DNA of 64,000 nucleotides from a virus (taxonomy: Duplodnaviria > Heunggongvirae > Uroviricota > Caudoviricetes). The DNA lies in the IMG/VR virus record IMGVR_UViG_3300025292_000002, positions 33,568 through 97,567 of that record; one strand, 5' to 3'. The position numbers and the translations under genes are program-made. Of the stretch, positions 1-9,919 are shown piece by piece. Positions within the stretch are counted from its first letter, which is position 1. The number at the start of each line of letters is the position of its first letter. The notes beneath the pieces are model-generated. The model was not told the origin of the DNA. It worked only from the letters and a program-made list of their open reading frames with translations, and did no database searches.

Positions 1-7
1 AAGAAGC

Positions 8-2008
8 TTAAAGCTTCTTCACAGATGTTACTTCTCCTTTTCTTGTTGTTGCAAATGCTCCCATTGCAGAACGTGTATTTGTTAATGTGAAATCAGTTGT
101 GCTTAAATCCATTTCAAAACGGTCTGTAACTAAATGGAATGCTCCTTCACCATCATAAGTTAAAATATCAATCAATGGAGATTTCGTATTCAAGCTATTT
201 TTAAGCTTTTTGCGATTGCCGACAAATGATTTTAAATCAACTTTTGCCACTTTCTTATTATGAAATACATTGATAATAAATTTGTTTTTATTATCTAATA
301 CAGAGTAATTAATAATATTAATAGCATCAATGATTGTTGGCAGATACGCACCAAACGAATTTGCTTTCGTTTCAGGTATGTCACTCAATTTAACTTTGTG
401 ACAATCACCGTTTTTCGTGAACACAAGAAGCTCGGCAGAATTGACCGATGTAAACATTTTGGTAATTTCATCTCCAGCTTTCAATTCACAATCAACTTGT
501 TTGCCAAGTTTCGTTTTATAAACATATCCTTCTTTTGTTGTCACAATTGATACTTCATAATCAGACGATTTTGGGTCTTCAAAAACAATCTTGCCAATTT
601 CCTGCATATCAACAATTTGTGTTTTGCGGTCATGACCATACTTGTCAGCTGATTCTTGAAGACCATTGCAAATGATTTTGTTTAAGCTTTCATTTGATTT
701 AAGGATTTTTTGGAATGTAGATATTTTGTTTTCAAGCGTTTGAACTTCATTGATTTTTTTAACAATGTAATTTTCATTGATATTTTTCAATTTCATGTTT
801 GCTACTTCTTTTGCTTGAATTTCATCAATTCCAAAAGCTGATTGTAATGAAGGAATCATAATTTCTTCAGGAGCTTTACGAATGATTTCAATTGCACGGT
901 CAATATCAAGTAATACTTGTTCTAAACCTCGAAGCAAATGAAGTTGCTGTTTCATTTTTTCAATGTCATATTGCAACCCTCGTACAATACACTCTTTTCT
1001 CCATTTCAACCAAATGTCAACCGTTTCCCAAACACCAGCAACTCTTGGTAAATTATCAACTAACATATTCATGTTTGCGCTGAATGAACTTTCTAATGGA
1101 GTTAATTTGTAAAGTTTGTTTAAAACCATTTCCATATCGGCATTTTTACGACAAACAACTTCAATTAGCTGACCTTTAAGACCTGTTAAATCTTTTACAG
1201 ATACAACTTCTTTTAATTTACCAGCTTTTGATAATTCAATAATTTTGTCAATAATTGCTTCACGGTTTGTTGTATAAGGAATTTCCGTGATTGCAATTTC
1301 ATTTTTTGTTATTGTAGCTTTGCCTCGCAATTTAATTGAGCCAGAACCTGTTTCATTGATTGATTTAAAAGCTTCTTCATCGTTTGCAATAAATCCGTAT
1401 GTTGCAAAATCAGGAACTAACATTGTTTTTTTGCCTGTATTAATGTATACAATGATTGCTTCATTTAACTCACGAATGTTGAACGGTGGTATTGCAGAAC
1501 CGAAACCAACACCAATTCCTATGTTTGCTTGTGTTAAAATAACAGGGAATTTAACAGGTAATACTTCAGGCATTTTCAATGTTCCATCATAATTAGGAAT
1601 GAAATCTACAAGACCTTTATCTAAATTGCTTAGCATATCTAAAGCCACTTCTGACAATTTAACTTCCGTATAACGTGAAGCACCAGGAGCCATATCTTTT
1701 GATGTGTGTTGAGCAAAGTTTCCTTTTCCGATAATCAACGGAATGTTTTGTTTGTCCGTTTGTACCATGTTCACCATTGTTGGATATGAATCTCCGTGAG
1801 GATGATATTTCATCACAGCACCTGATATATTAGCTGACTTTGTAAGCTTTGTCGCTTTTTCAACCAACATTGTGTATAATATTCTTCGATGAACAGGTTT
1901 TAATCCATCACGAATATCTGATAATGCACGGTCAAGCAATACATATGCTGAGTAGTTCATCATTCCATCTTCTACAACGTCCTCAACTTGTTTTTGAATT
2001 GTGTTCAT
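8..2008 (-). CDS. Type IIA DNA topoisomerase, A (GyrA/ParC-like, T4 gp52-like) subunit
   Basis: DGLKPVHRRILY motif, YHPHGD region, active-site ...SRYTE; 666 aa. Confidence 0.85.
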   Translation of the reverse strand: MNTIQKQVEDVVEDGMMNYSAYVLLDRALSDIRDGLKPVHRRILYTMLVEKATKLTKSANISGAVMKYHPHGDSYPTMVNMVQTDKQNIPLIIGKGNFAQHTSKDMAPGASRYTEVKLSEVALDMLSNLDKGLVDFIPNYDGTLKMPEVLPVKFPVILTQANIGIGVGFGSAIPPFNIRELNEAIIVYINTGKKTMLVPDFATYGFIANDEEAFKSINETGSGSIKLRGKATITKNEIAITEIPYTTNREAIIDKIIELSKAGKLKEVVSVKDLTGLKGQLIEVVCRKNADMEMVLNKLYKLTPLESSFSANMNMLVDNLPRVAGVWETVDIWLKWRKECIVRGLQYDIEKMKQQLHLLRGLEQVLLDIDRAIEIIRKAPEEIMIPSLQSAFGIDEIQAKEVANMKLKNINENYIVKKINEVQTLENKISTFQKILKSNESLNKIICNGLQESADKYGHDRKTQIVDMQEIGKIVFEDPKSSDYEVSIVTTKEGYVYKTKLGKQVDCELKAGDEITKMFTSVNSAELLVFTKNGDCHKVKLSDIPETKANSFGAYLPTIIDAINIINYSVLDNKNKFIINVFHNKKVAKVDLKSFVGNRKKLKNSLNTKSPLIDILTYDGEGAFHLVTDRFEMDLSTTDFTLTNTRSAMGAFATTRKGEVTSVKKL

Positions 2009-2037
2009 TCAATTTCCTCCTTTGTTCTCGATGATAT

Positions 2038-2067
2038 GATTGTATTGAAAGCTAAAAATTTGTAAGG
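2038..2067 (-). promoter_or_regulatory. conserved phage promoter module (family copy)
   Basis: gattgtattga-N12-tgtaagg on + strand, which reads as -35 CTTACA, 16-bp spacer, -10 TACAAT on the minus strand. Confidence 0.6.
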
Positions 2068-2069
2068 TC

Positions 2070-2105
2070 AGCAAATAAAAAAAGGAATCTCAATCGAGAT
2101 TCCCT
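2070..2105 (-). terminator. rho-independent terminator (overlaps stop of topo B subunit gene)
   Basis: hairpin ggaatctc-gatt-gagattcc followed by a T7 run on the minus strand. Confidence 0.6.
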
Positions 2106-3982
2106 ACGTACTTGTACAGATTGTTGCTAATGATTTCTTTACGTCCATCAACAGCTTTCCCCATCCATGTTTCAAGAGATTTAATCATCTTTTGAGCTGA
2201 TTTAACTGTAACTTGAATTAAATTACGAGTTTCAGGATTCATGGCTGTTTCAAACATTGTTTCTGCAGACATTTCTCCTAAACCTTTCATACGAGCAATG
2301 TTGTATTTTCCTTCAATTTCCTTCAATTTACTTTCCTTTTCTGCTTCATTGTAAATGTAAACCATTTCATCTTTAGATGTCTTAACTTCATATAATGGTG
2401 TTTGTGCAATGTGTATTCGTCCCTGTAAAATAAGTTCAGGCATTAAACGATAAATCATAGTAATGATTAAACATGCAATTTGCTCACCGTCAGCATCGGC
2501 ATCTGTAGCGATGATAATTTTTCCATAACGTAAGTTTTTAATATCAAAGCTATCAAGCTCTTTATTCTTTTTATCCGCCTGAATACCGCAACCAAACGAT
2601 TTAACAAGGTCTGTTATGATTTGATTTTTGAAAATTGTATCATAATCAGCTTTTAAACAATTCAATATCTTACCTCGTAACGCATAAGCGGCTTGATAAA
2701 CGCCATCACGTGCTAATATTACAGAACCTAAAGCGGAATGACCTTCTGCTACATATATCTCAGCCATTTCTCCGTGTGTTTTACAATCGACCAAGTTAGA
2801 AGGTGTGCTGCCAATACCTTCGACTCCTTCGCTCAGTTTCTTTTTAAGCTGTTTAGCTGCTTTTGATGATTTCTCATTATGCTTTTGAACAAGTAAGAAA
2901 TGGTCAATCATCTTTTTAAATTGTTTTGGTTGTTCAATTTGGAACAGTTCAAGAACTTCAGCAACATACTTTTGAGAAATAGCTTTGTATAACTTTTTCT
3001 CCGTTGAGAACTTCGTTTGATTTTGGAACTCAACTTTGTTGCTCAATACACTCGCCACGAATGATACAGAAGATTCAATATCATTATTTGAAAACGAGGT
3101 CATACCTTTAGGAAACAGCTTATTGTCACGACAATGCTTATTTGCATAAAGTTTAATACCATTTACAATACCGTCGTAAATTGAACCATGTTCTTTCAAA
3201 TGAGTTAAATTAAGGAATGTTTCTTGGAATGGTTCGCTCGATGTTGATAAAACAAGCTCAACTGTTGTTTGTTCTCCGTTATCATCGAATGTTTTTGAAG
3301 CACCAATCGCTGGAGCACATGTATTTTCCGATGTGTTTTCAGCATAATAATCGGATAAGCTTTCATAATGATAAACCGTTTCTTTATCTTTGTATTTATA
3401 TGTCAACGTTACTTTGTTACTTCCGACAGCTGCATGTTTTACAATATCTTCAATTTCTTCAGAATCGAAAATGTTACTTGTAAACATTTCATCATCTAAA
3501 ACAAATGTGATTTTTGTGGCATGTAGCTCTTTTTCACATTTTTCTTTTGTTAATGGTACAACAATTTCTCCACCGTTTGCAAATTCTACATAATGATAAT
3601 GACCGCCATACCAGCTTTCAACTTTGAACGATTTGGAATTATAATTGGTTGCGGTTAAACCACAACCATTGGTGCCCGTCATAGTCCCCTCTTCGTTTTC
3701 ATATTTACCACCAGCAAACAATGTCAAGAATAATAGCTCAACGTTGTCATCTTCACCTATTGGAATCCCTCGTCCTTCGTCATAACATATGAAAGTACGG
3801 TTATCGTCTAAAAGTTCAACAAGGATATTCCCGCTTTCAAAATTTGTAATGATTTCATCAGTTGAGTTCATAACTGCTTCTCTTGGTGGGTGATAGAAAT
3901 TGTCTCGAGAACCGAACCAAACGGATAATTTTTCTCTCGCTTTGTCACGCTCGGATAATTTTTTGATTTCATCTTGTTTCAT
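2090..3982 (-). CDS. Type IIA DNA topoisomerase, B (GyrB/ParE-like) ATPase/Toprim subunit
   Basis: EGxSA-like motif IYVAEGHSALGS, Toprim motif TDADADGEQI, N-terminal GHKL ATPase region; 630 aa. Confidence 0.85.
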   Translation of the reverse strand: MKQDEIKKLSERDKAREKLSVWFGSRDNFYHPPREAVMNSTDEIITNFESGNILVELLDDNRTFICYDEGRGIPIGEDDNVELLFLTLFAGGKYENEEGTMTGTNGCGLTATNYNSKSFKVESWYGGHYHYVEFANGGEIVVPLTKEKCEKELHATKITFVLDDEMFTSNIFDSEEIEDIVKHAAVGSNKVTLTYKYKDKETVYHYESLSDYYAENTSENTCAPAIGASKTFDDNGEQTTVELVLSTSSEPFQETFLNLTHLKEHGSIYDGIVNGIKLYANKHCRDNKLFPKGMTSFSNNDIESSVSFVASVLSNKVEFQNQTKFSTEKKLYKAISQKYVAEVLELFQIEQPKQFKKMIDHFLLVQKHNEKSSKAAKQLKKKLSEGVEGIGSTPSNLVDCKTHGEMAEIYVAEGHSALGSVILARDGVYQAAYALRGKILNCLKADYDTIFKNQIITDLVKSFGCGIQADKKNKELDSFDIKNLRYGKIIIATDADADGEQIACLIITMIYRLMPELILQGRIHIAQTPLYEVKTSKDEMVYIYNEAEKESKLKEIEGKYNIARMKGLGEMSAETMFETAMNPETRNLIQVTVKSAQKMIKSLETWMGKAVDGRKEIISNNLYKYVGNLD

Positions 3983-4012
3983 TTGTTTTCCTCCTTAAGG
4001 TCATTTCACTGT

Positions 4013-4042
4013 TATTATATTGACAGCTCTCAGAATGTAAGG
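4013..4042 (-). promoter_or_regulatory. conserved phage promoter module (family copy)
   Basis: tattatattga-N12-tgtaagg. Confidence 0.6.
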
Positions 4043-4053
4043 ACACAGCAAGA

Positions 4054-4084
4054 ATAAAAAAATCGGAGCATTTAGCTCCGATTG
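4054..4084 (-). terminator. rho-independent terminator
   Basis: hairpin cggagc-taaat-gctccg followed by T7 on the minus strand. Confidence 0.65.
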
Positions 4085-4085
4085 A

Positions 4086-4412
4086 TTATGCTGCTTTATA
4101 CTCTATGTTGAGCTCGGTTTTGTCAATGATATATAAACCCATTTTTACATATTGAGCAATGATTTGTGTTAAGCTTGCAAATTTCCCCATCACAACTTGA
4201 TTTCTAAAATCATATAAAGCATATCCTTCATTTGGAATATGTACAATTTCACGGAAGTTATTTCGCCCGAATAATATTACTTTACCCACTTCTACATTAG
4301 CAAAAGTTAAACGTTCAATCTTTTCCTTATTGATAGTAATTGACGTTCCTCGTCTTTTCTTTGTAGCTGGTGCTGAAGTAGTTTGGCTTTTAGTTACATA
4401 TGGTTTTGTCAT
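4086..4412 (-). CDS. hypothetical basic protein (start moved to internal ATG with AGAGGA RBS)
   Basis: The track ORF 4086..4466 runs through the 18-bp palindrome. An internal ATG is preceded by aaaagaggaaattaag. Confidence 0.5.
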   Translation of the reverse strand: MTKPYVTKSQTTSAPATKKRRGTSITINKEKIERLTFANVEVGKVILFGRNNFREIVHIPNEGYALYDFRNQVVMGKFASLTQIIAQYVKMGLYIIDKTELNIEYKAA

Positions 4413-4448
4413 CTTAATTTCCTCTTTTCGGTTTTTTATTTTTATTTT

Positions 4449-4466
4449 TTGAATATTAATTTTCAA
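4449..4466. repeat. 18-bp palindrome family copy (ttgaatattaattttcaa)
   Basis: 17 of 18 identity to TTGAATATTAATATTCAA; intergenic. Confidence 0.8.
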
Positions 4467-4470
4467 TTAA

Positions 4471-5067
4471 TTAACCTGCATAAGGCATTACATAAATTGT
4501 AATAAATTCACTCCAAGCTTTAGAAATATTTTGTTTATAATGAAGGCGCTCGAATTTTTGAACCAATCCGTTAACTCGTCCTTCAAAATTACGACGAACT
4601 GTATTATAGTTGAAAATGTTCAATCCTAAACGGTGAATTTCTATTAGGTTGATTACGAGCTCTTTGATTTCTGCCATCGTATATTCTTTTGTAGCTGCAA
4701 CCACGTCTTTGTATGTGCGTTTTTTAGGGGTTTGTTTTAATTCAACGCCATAATATTCCATTACATGTTGACGAATATAATTTCTAAATTTGTCCAATCC
4801 TAACTTTTCTTTATTCATAGTAAACCAACTGTAATAAGATTCAGCTAATGGACCCATGTTTTTAAATTGACCAGTTCGCATTGGATTTCCACCGCTGATA
4901 AGGCATTCAAAAACCAACTCGTGTAAACCTTCTAATGTAAATGATGCACGGTCATAGCGATTGCGATTTGCTTCTTTCTTTGCGATTGAAATCTCATTAA
5001 CTTTTGTTTGTTTTGTTGTCACAATTAACAGCTCCTCAATTTGTATTTTTATTTGTTTGTCTTTCAT
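4471..5067 (-). CDS. hypothetical protein
   Basis: 198-aa ORF immediately downstream of a family promoter. Confidence 0.55.
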   Translation of the reverse strand: MKDKQIKIQIEELLIVTTKQTKVNEISIAKKEANRNRYDRASFTLEGLHELVFECLISGGNPMRTGQFKNMGPLAESYYSWFTMNKEKLGLDKFRNYIRQHVMEYYGVELKQTPKKRTYKDVVAATKEYTMAEIKELVINLIEIHRLGLNIFNYNTVRRNFEGRVNGLVQKFERLHYKQNISKAWSEFITIYVMPYAG

Positions 5068-5073
5068 GATACT

Positions 5074-5102
5074 ATTGTATTGACGTAAACATGGCGGTAA
5101 GA
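5074..5102 (-). promoter_or_regulatory. conserved phage promoter module (family copy, -35 variant)
   Basis: tattgtattga-N11-cggtaaga. Confidence 0.55.
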
Positions 5103-5245
5103 CAGCGAACTAACATTTTTTCAAAAAAAATACAGCTACGATATTAAATCGTAACTGTATAGCTTTTGATGATTGGTTATATGATTGTTCACGAACAAAT
5201 AAATAAATTGAAAAGCTGCATGATTAGTAAAATGAACATTTTACC

Positions 5246-5272
5246 ATAAAAAAACGGAGCCTAAGCTCCGCT
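5246..5272 (-). terminator. rho-independent terminator
   Basis: hairpin cggagc-ttag-gctccg followed by T7 on the minus strand. Confidence 0.65.
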
Positions 5273-5282
5273 TTCCTTTGAT

Positions 5283-5630
5283 TTACTTCGATTCTCTTTC
5301 ATCTGCTTCAAATGATTTCTCACGCTCGCAATAAGCAGCATATACTTTCAAGGTTTCAACAATTAATTTCGGAGAAAGGTATTTTTCCAGCTGGAACATA
5401 TCACCTGGCTCAGAAACATGAGCTAATACATGACGGAACATATCCACATCGTCTTTTATTAGATTGTGTAAATATCGGTCATACACAACAATCCCTTCAC
5501 CATTTAAAATAATACAGCCACGTAGTTTGCCATGGTTGAAATCTCTGGCTGGAACGTCATTCACACCATTCCCATCATATGTTTTCCATGTTGGTAATAA
5601 AACATCTTCCATTCGGATTTTGTAACCCAT
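5283..5630 (-). CDS. hypothetical protein
   Basis: 115-aa ORF. Confidence 0.5.
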   Translation of the reverse strand: MGYKIRMEDVLLPTWKTYDGNGVNDVPARDFNHGKLRGCIILNGEGIVVYDRYLHNLIKDDVDMFRHVLAHVSEPGDMFQLEKYLSPKLIVETLKVYAAYCEREKSFEADERESK

Positions 5631-5697
5631 TCAAAACAACTCCTTATTTATATGATACATATATCATAACATATGTTACCAGATAAATCAAGAACTG

Positions 5698-6264
5698 TTA
5701 CTTGAGCGCCTCAAATCTTTCTTCAGCAAATTCTTCTTCACGAGAAGCCATTGTTTGATTGTATTCTCCAGCTATATAATAATTTCCGTATTGGTCTTGT
5801 TTGCCAGGTGTTAACGTGGCATTTCGTATTCGCATACGTTTACCGCACTGTCTACAATTGCAATAAATTTGCTGCTTAAGTATGAAATGTTTCCCTTTGT
5901 CATTGCACGATGGACAAATGTAATACAATTGGAATTTTTCATCTTTGCCTTTCTTTTCAAGCTTACCCCAATGTGTTTCAGGCTCAGCAACCGCAATAAC
6001 AGGTGGTGGCTCTTCAACTTTTGTTTCTTCAGCTTTTACTTCAACCTTTTCTTCTTGCTCAAGGTCTTTAACAGCTTCATATCCCATTTGATATAAACGT
6101 AAAGCCTCGGAATTGTTTTGATTTTCAGCATTTGAGCTAAAATAAAACATTCTCACCATGTTATCGACAAGCTGAAACTGAGCTTGTTCGTCATTGTGTT
6201 CCATTTTTGCTTCGAGCGTCTGCCCGTTTTTGTTTGTTATTTTTATCTCTATTTTTGACAACAT
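5698..6264 (-). CDS. zinc-finger protein (two CxxC pairs), start moved to internal ATG
   Basis: The track ORF overlaps the upstream gene by 125 nt. An internal ATG follows tttttaggaggtttt, and a terminator lies just upstream. Motifs CPSC...CNCRQC. Confidence 0.5.
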   Translation of the reverse strand: MLSKIEIKITNKNGQTLEAKMEHNDEQAQFQLVDNMVRMFYFSSNAENQNNSEALRLYQMGYEAVKDLEQEEKVEVKAEETKVEEPPPVIAVAEPETHWGKLEKKGKDEKFQLYYICPSCNDKGKHFILKQQIYCNCRQCGKRMRIRNATLTPGKQDQYGNYYIAGEYNQTMASREEEFAEERFEALK

Positions 6265-6303
6265 AAAACCTCCTAAAAATGTACTACATATACTATTATA
6301 CAA

Positions 6304-6330
6304 CAAAAAAATACCCTCAGACGAGGGTAA
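6304..6330 (-). terminator. rho-independent terminator
   Basis: hairpin accctc-gtct-gagggt followed by T7 on the minus strand. Confidence 0.65.
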
Positions 6331-6334
6331 TTTC

Positions 6335-7021
6335 TTACAAATCCTTAATGATACTTTGGACGTGAGCTGTCCAAGCACCTTTAATTCCTTTATGCTCTTT
6401 TTGGAATTTTTGAAACATGCCATTATTTCTGCCAGACGATAGCTTAAATTGTTTGCCAATCAATGGCGTTTTGTCAGAATTTAGGTGCATATCAATGATA
6501 GCTTCTTTTAATTCTTCCATGAATTCTTCATGTGTTCCGTATGCTAAACCAGTTCCGTGAACAGCTCCTTTTCTTTTTTTCTTTGGAGGACGATTAAATT
6601 GGTCAAGCTTGTTTTGTTGAGCAGGTTTTTCTTGAACGATTGTAGCCACTTCTTCTTTTACAACTTCTTCAACTTCTTGACGAACAATCGAATTAACACT
6701 GCTCATACCTTTGATAATTCCACGATAAGCTTGAGCCATTTCGTCACGGATTGTATCACGAACAATTTCACGAATTTCCGTTTTCATTGTTTCACGGATT
6801 GTACTTTCCATTGAATTGTTCCAAAGCTTCATAAATCCTTCGACGCTATCACGAGTTATAATCATGAAAATGTCTTCTGTTGAAAGGTTTTTTTCTTTAG
6901 CAATTTTTTCAGCTCGTTTTTCAACCGTGTTATTCTTTATCTCTGTTTGTTTGATAACATCGGTATCTCTGGCTTGTTTGCCATACTTTGCATTCCATTT
7001 GTCTAGCTGAGATTTTGTCAT
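6335..7021 (-). CDS. hypothetical protein
   Basis: 228-aa ORF. Confidence 0.55.
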   Translation of the reverse strand: MTKSQLDKWNAKYGKQARDTDVIKQTEIKNNTVEKRAEKIAKEKNLSTEDIFMIITRDSVEGFMKLWNNSMESTIRETMKTEIREIVRDTIRDEMAQAYRGIIKGMSSVNSIVRQEVEEVVKEEVATIVQEKPAQQNKLDQFNRPPKKKRKGAVHGTGLAYGTHEEFMEELKEAIIDMHLNSDKTPLIGKQFKLSSGRNNGMFQKFQKEHKGIKGAWTAHVQSIIKDL

Positions 7022-7051
7022 TACATAAACACCTCTTTTTCTTTTGTCTTA

Positions 7052-7084
7052 ATCATTGTACAATATTTATGAACTTTTGTAAAC
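7052..7084 (-). promoter_or_regulatory. sigma-A-type promoter (TTTACA-17-TACAAT)
   Basis: minus-strand reading ctgTTTACAaaagttcataaatattgTACAATg. Confidence 0.5.
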
Positions 7085-7089
7085 AGTAA

Positions 7090-7120
7090 AATAAAAAGAC
7101 GTGACACGGAGTCACGCCTT
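7090..7120. terminator. bidirectional rho-independent terminator
   Basis: hairpin cgtgac-acgga-gtcacg with T runs on both sides. Confidence 0.6.
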
Positions 7121-7122
7121 TT

Positions 7123-7140
7123 TTGAATATTAATATTCAA
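7123..7140. repeat. 18-bp palindrome family copy (perfect TTGAATATTAATATTCAA)
   Basis: perfect palindrome; intergenic, next to a terminator. Confidence 0.85.
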
Positions 7141-7141
7141 T

Positions 7142-7615
7142 TTATTTAGTTTCGTTATTTTTCATAGTTCTAGCTTTTATTTCTTCTTCACGCTTTTTCA
7201 TAGCTTCTTGAACACGTTCTGCCATATTGCTTAACTCTTCTTGTTTTTCTTTTTTATCGTCTTTTTTATTGTTGTTTTTAGCTGGAGTTTTTTCTTTCTC
7301 CTTAGCTTGTTTTGGTTCTATTATTTCTGCTCCAATACCTTCTAAAAATCCAATTATTCCTTTGTCCATTGCTTGTGGTGTAATGTGAGTGATAATATAC
7401 AAATCCTCAGTGATAAATAAGTTTTTCTTTTTGATTACAGCACCTTCAAAATATTCCTCGTCAGACAGCCTCAAGCCTGATTCGAAAGTTCCTTCTATTG
7501 CTGTTCTTTCATCAAGTTGCTTGAAATATTCAAAAAATTCACGAAACAAAGCTGCATGAGTCGGACAATCAAACGATTTCATTTTGCCATTGTAACGAAA
7601 TTTTAACTTTTTCAT
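7142..7615 (-). CDS. hypothetical protein with Lys/Glu-rich C-terminus
   Basis: 157-aa ORF. Confidence 0.5.
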   Translation of the reverse strand: MKKLKFRYNGKMKSFDCPTHAALFREFFEYFKQLDERTAIEGTFESGLRLSDEEYFEGAVIKKKNLFITEDLYIITHITPQAMDKGIIGFLEGIGAEIIEPKQAKEKEKTPAKNNNKKDDKKEKQEELSNMAERVQEAMKKREEEIKARTMKNNETK

Positions 7616-7719
7616 TTTAGTACCTCCAGTATTTAATTAGTTGTTTTACAATTACTAATATAACATATTGGGGAAATGGATGCAACTTTTCGTATTAGAA
7701 AAATTCAGACAATTTCTTA

Positions 7720-7746
7720 CAAAAAAATAACCGCTATTGCGGTTAC
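7720..7746 (-). terminator. rho-independent terminator (overlaps tdk stop)
   Basis: hairpin aaccgc-aata-gcggtt followed by T7. Confidence 0.6.
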
Positions 7747-8354
7747 TTCGACTCAAGGATTTTTCTTTTTTCGACATTAAAACACATTGGACATAACGCT
7801 TTGTAACATTCTTTGTCTTCTACAATTCGTTTTCCCTCTATAACAATTTGACCATCAACAAAGCGACCATTGTGGACAGCATCACGCTCGCAACCGTCAA
7901 TTTCACATTCAGCAGGAATTACAAATACATCATCGCAAATTGTCGTAATTCGGTCTGAGCCATCAAAGATTTTCCCACGGAAATCATTCATTAAGCCATA
8001 GAAAGTAATATGACAATCAAACAAACGAGCTACTGTTTCAACAGCATTGATTTGTTCAGCGTTTAAAAATTGTGCTTCGTCAATGAAAATATAATCTGCG
8101 TTGCCCATTTCTTTTATGTAAAAGCTCAACGATGCCAGAACTTCTGCTTCCGTTTGTTCTGTGCTCAAGTTTAAACATAAAACAGATTTGCCATTTCGAC
8201 TCGTAACTGCGCCACGTCTTTTATGCTTGCCTGGAGAAACTTTTACAACTGCCACGTTCATTTTCTTTTCAACATAAAATCTAACATCCTCGATAAGCTG
8301 TTCTGATTTACCAGCACCCATTACACCTGTTACCATTTTAACTATCATATTCAT
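7743..8354 (-). CDS. tdk: thymidine kinase
   Basis: P-loop GVMGAGKSE, IDEAQF, C-terminal zinc-ribbon cysteines typical of Tdk; 203 aa. Confidence 0.85.
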   Translation of the reverse strand: MNMIVKMVTGVMGAGKSEQLIEDVRFYVEKKMNVAVVKVSPGKHKRRGAVTSRNGKSVLCLNLSTEQTEAEVLASLSFYIKEMGNADYIFIDEAQFLNAEQINAVETVARLFDCHITFYGLMNDFRGKIFDGSDRITTICDDVFVIPAECEIDGCERDAVHNGRFVDGQIVIEGKRIVEDKECYKALCPMCFNVEKRKILESK

Positions 8355-8388
8355 AATTCATTTCTCCTTTAATTGCATGTTATAATAT

Positions 8389-8418
8389 TATTATATTGGA
8401 TTCAAATGGTTTGTAAGG
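8389..8418 (-). promoter_or_regulatory. conserved phage promoter module (family copy, 1-nt variant)
   Basis: tattatattgga-N11-tgtaagg. Confidence 0.5.
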
Positions 8419-8424
8419 ATGCCA

Positions 8425-8452
8425 AATAAAAAAACCCTGATTTCTCAGGGTC
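8425..8452 (-). terminator. rho-independent terminator
   Basis: hairpin accctga-gaaa-tcagggt followed by T7. Confidence 0.65.
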
Positions 8453-8457
8453 TGTAT

Positions 8458-8685
8458 TTATTTTACAATATGTTTGAATTTGCCATGGTCTGTTTTTATT
8501 TTAAGGATTCCTTGTGCTTCAGTATTTAAATATGCAAGAAAGCTTTTTTGCAACGGTGTGCCACCTTCTTCATAAGCTGTCATTACAATATCATGTATAC
8601 TCATGAAACCACAAACGTAACTGGCATCTTTACTCTCCAGCTCTTTAATTTTATCCTTCAATTTTAACAATGGCTCATCCTTCAT
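8458..8685 (-). CDS. hypothetical protein
   Basis: 75-aa ORF. Confidence 0.45.
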   Translation of the reverse strand: MKDEPLLKLKDKIKELESKDASYVCGFMSIHDIVMTAYEEGGTPLQKSFLAYLNTEAQGILKIKTDHGKFKHIVK

Positions 8686-8706
8686 ATTTGTACCTCCTAG
8701 GTTTTA

Positions 8707-9015
8707 TTAAGCTAATCCTCCACCGAAATCGTCCAACGGTTCAACAACTTTTTGTTGTACGGGCACTGTTTGCTTTACCTTAGGAATATATGTTGGTTCG
8801 GGCTCAGTCAATTCAACTTCAGCTACAGAAGCTGAAAGTTCAAGTTGAGCTGGCATGTAATGTTTGTTTTTCATTTCTTCTTCAGCTATATCACGTTCAA
8901 CTAGCTGACGGATATATAACGCTATACCATCTTTGTCCTTTTTCGAGTCGAGCTTCTCACACACAGCTGGATGTTTTTTCTTGTTTATACGCAATGGATA
9001 TAGCCATATTGTCAT
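8707..9015 (-). CDS. small protein downstream of the ParM-like gene, possibly a ParR-like ribbon-helix-helix adaptor
   Basis: ATGA start/stop overlap with the upstream gene. The N-terminus shows a beta-strand followed by helix pattern. Confidence 0.4.
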   Translation of the reverse strand: MTIWLYPLRINKKKHPAVCEKLDSKKDKDGIALYIRQLVERDIAEEEMKNKHYMPAQLELSASVAEVELTEPEPTYIPKVKQTVPVQQKVVEPLDDFGGGLA

Positions 9016-9842
9016 GCAAACATCATCTCGAATCGTTTTTCATACGTCAAGAACAAGCCAACAACGTTAACATAGTAAGCTGGGTACTCAGTTAATGAGA
9101 CACTCTTCGCATTCTCATAACCAACTTCTTGTAATGCTTCGGCAATTGCTTCTGATTTGCCACCTGTCACAAGAATTTCTTTGTCATAATCAACATCAGG
9201 AAAAGCTCGAGAGAAACTATCAGCTAACGCAAAGCTTGAATGTTTGATTGTGCCACCATTCAATGTTTTTGAGCGGGCTGCATTTATTGTTCCTTCGATT
9301 AAATATAAAATATTCATTGTCATTGAGCCAGCATCAACAACAACCAAATCTCGATTGTTTGTAAATGCTAAAGCTCCTAAACCTTCAGCTGCAACTCGTA
9401 AATTTTCAATTGTGAAATTGAAAGCTTTGTTGTCAACAACACTTTCACGAGCTCCGTTTAATTTTTGTTCGAAATAATCTTTGTCTTTTTTCATAGCTGT
9501 GTACGGGCTTGTCGTTACAACGTTAAATGTTGAGATACCTGTTTCTTTATAAATTTCGTGCAAAGCTCCGACGATTCTAATAATTCCCTCGTGGTGACCT
9601 TTTCGTTTATTGCCTCGGTACATCATTTCTTCGCTAGCGTGAAATTTTGCTGCTCCTTTTCCGATGTAATAATCAAAATTTCCGTATGAAACACGCTTTA
9701 CTTCGTTGTTGAAAACCGTCTCCATTTCCTCGTATTTGTGTGTGATTGAATAAAACGTTCCCACTTTTACGTCTCCTTGGTGACGATAAACATACTTCGT
9801 TGAGAAATTACCTGGGTCAATAAGCACTGTTAGTACTGTCAT
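9012..9842 (-). CDS. actin-like ATPase of the ParM/Alp family
   Basis: phosphate-1 motif LIDPGNFSTK, phosphate-2 motif VVVDAGSMT, adenosine motif LVTGGKSEA; 276 aa. Confidence 0.65.
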   Translation of the reverse strand: MTVLTVLIDPGNFSTKYVYRHQGDVKVGTFYSITHKYEEMETVFNNEVKRVSYGNFDYYIGKGAAKFHASEEMMYRGNKRKGHHEGIIRIVGALHEIYKETGISTFNVVTTSPYTAMKKDKDYFEQKLNGARESVVDNKAFNFTIENLRVAAEGLGALAFTNNRDLVVVDAGSMTMNILYLIEGTINAARSKTLNGGTIKHSSFALADSFSRAFPDVDYDKEILVTGGKSEAIAEALQEVGYENAKSVSLTEYPAYYVNVVGLFLTYEKRFEMMFA

Positions 9843-9919
9843 AACTTTCCCACTCTCCTCATTTTTAATATGAACTTTTCAAAGAACGAAATTCGTGTTT
9901 ATCTTTTGTTGTTGTGTTA

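Noticed and set aside
5190-5210. TTGTTCACGAACAA inverted repeat that resembles a LexA/Cheo box
   Set aside because: The half-site arrangement is GTTC-N2-GAAC rather than GAAC-N4-GTTC, so it is not a convincing SOS box.
5698-6459. N-terminal 65-aa extension of ORF 5698..6459, and similar extensions of 4086..4466, 17114..17410, 38335..38946, 38972..39553 and 47321..47824
   Set aside because: The extensions overlap upstream genes, or run through promoters, terminators or the 18-bp palindrome. Internal ATGs with strong GGAGG sites give clean non-overlapping genes, so starts were moved.
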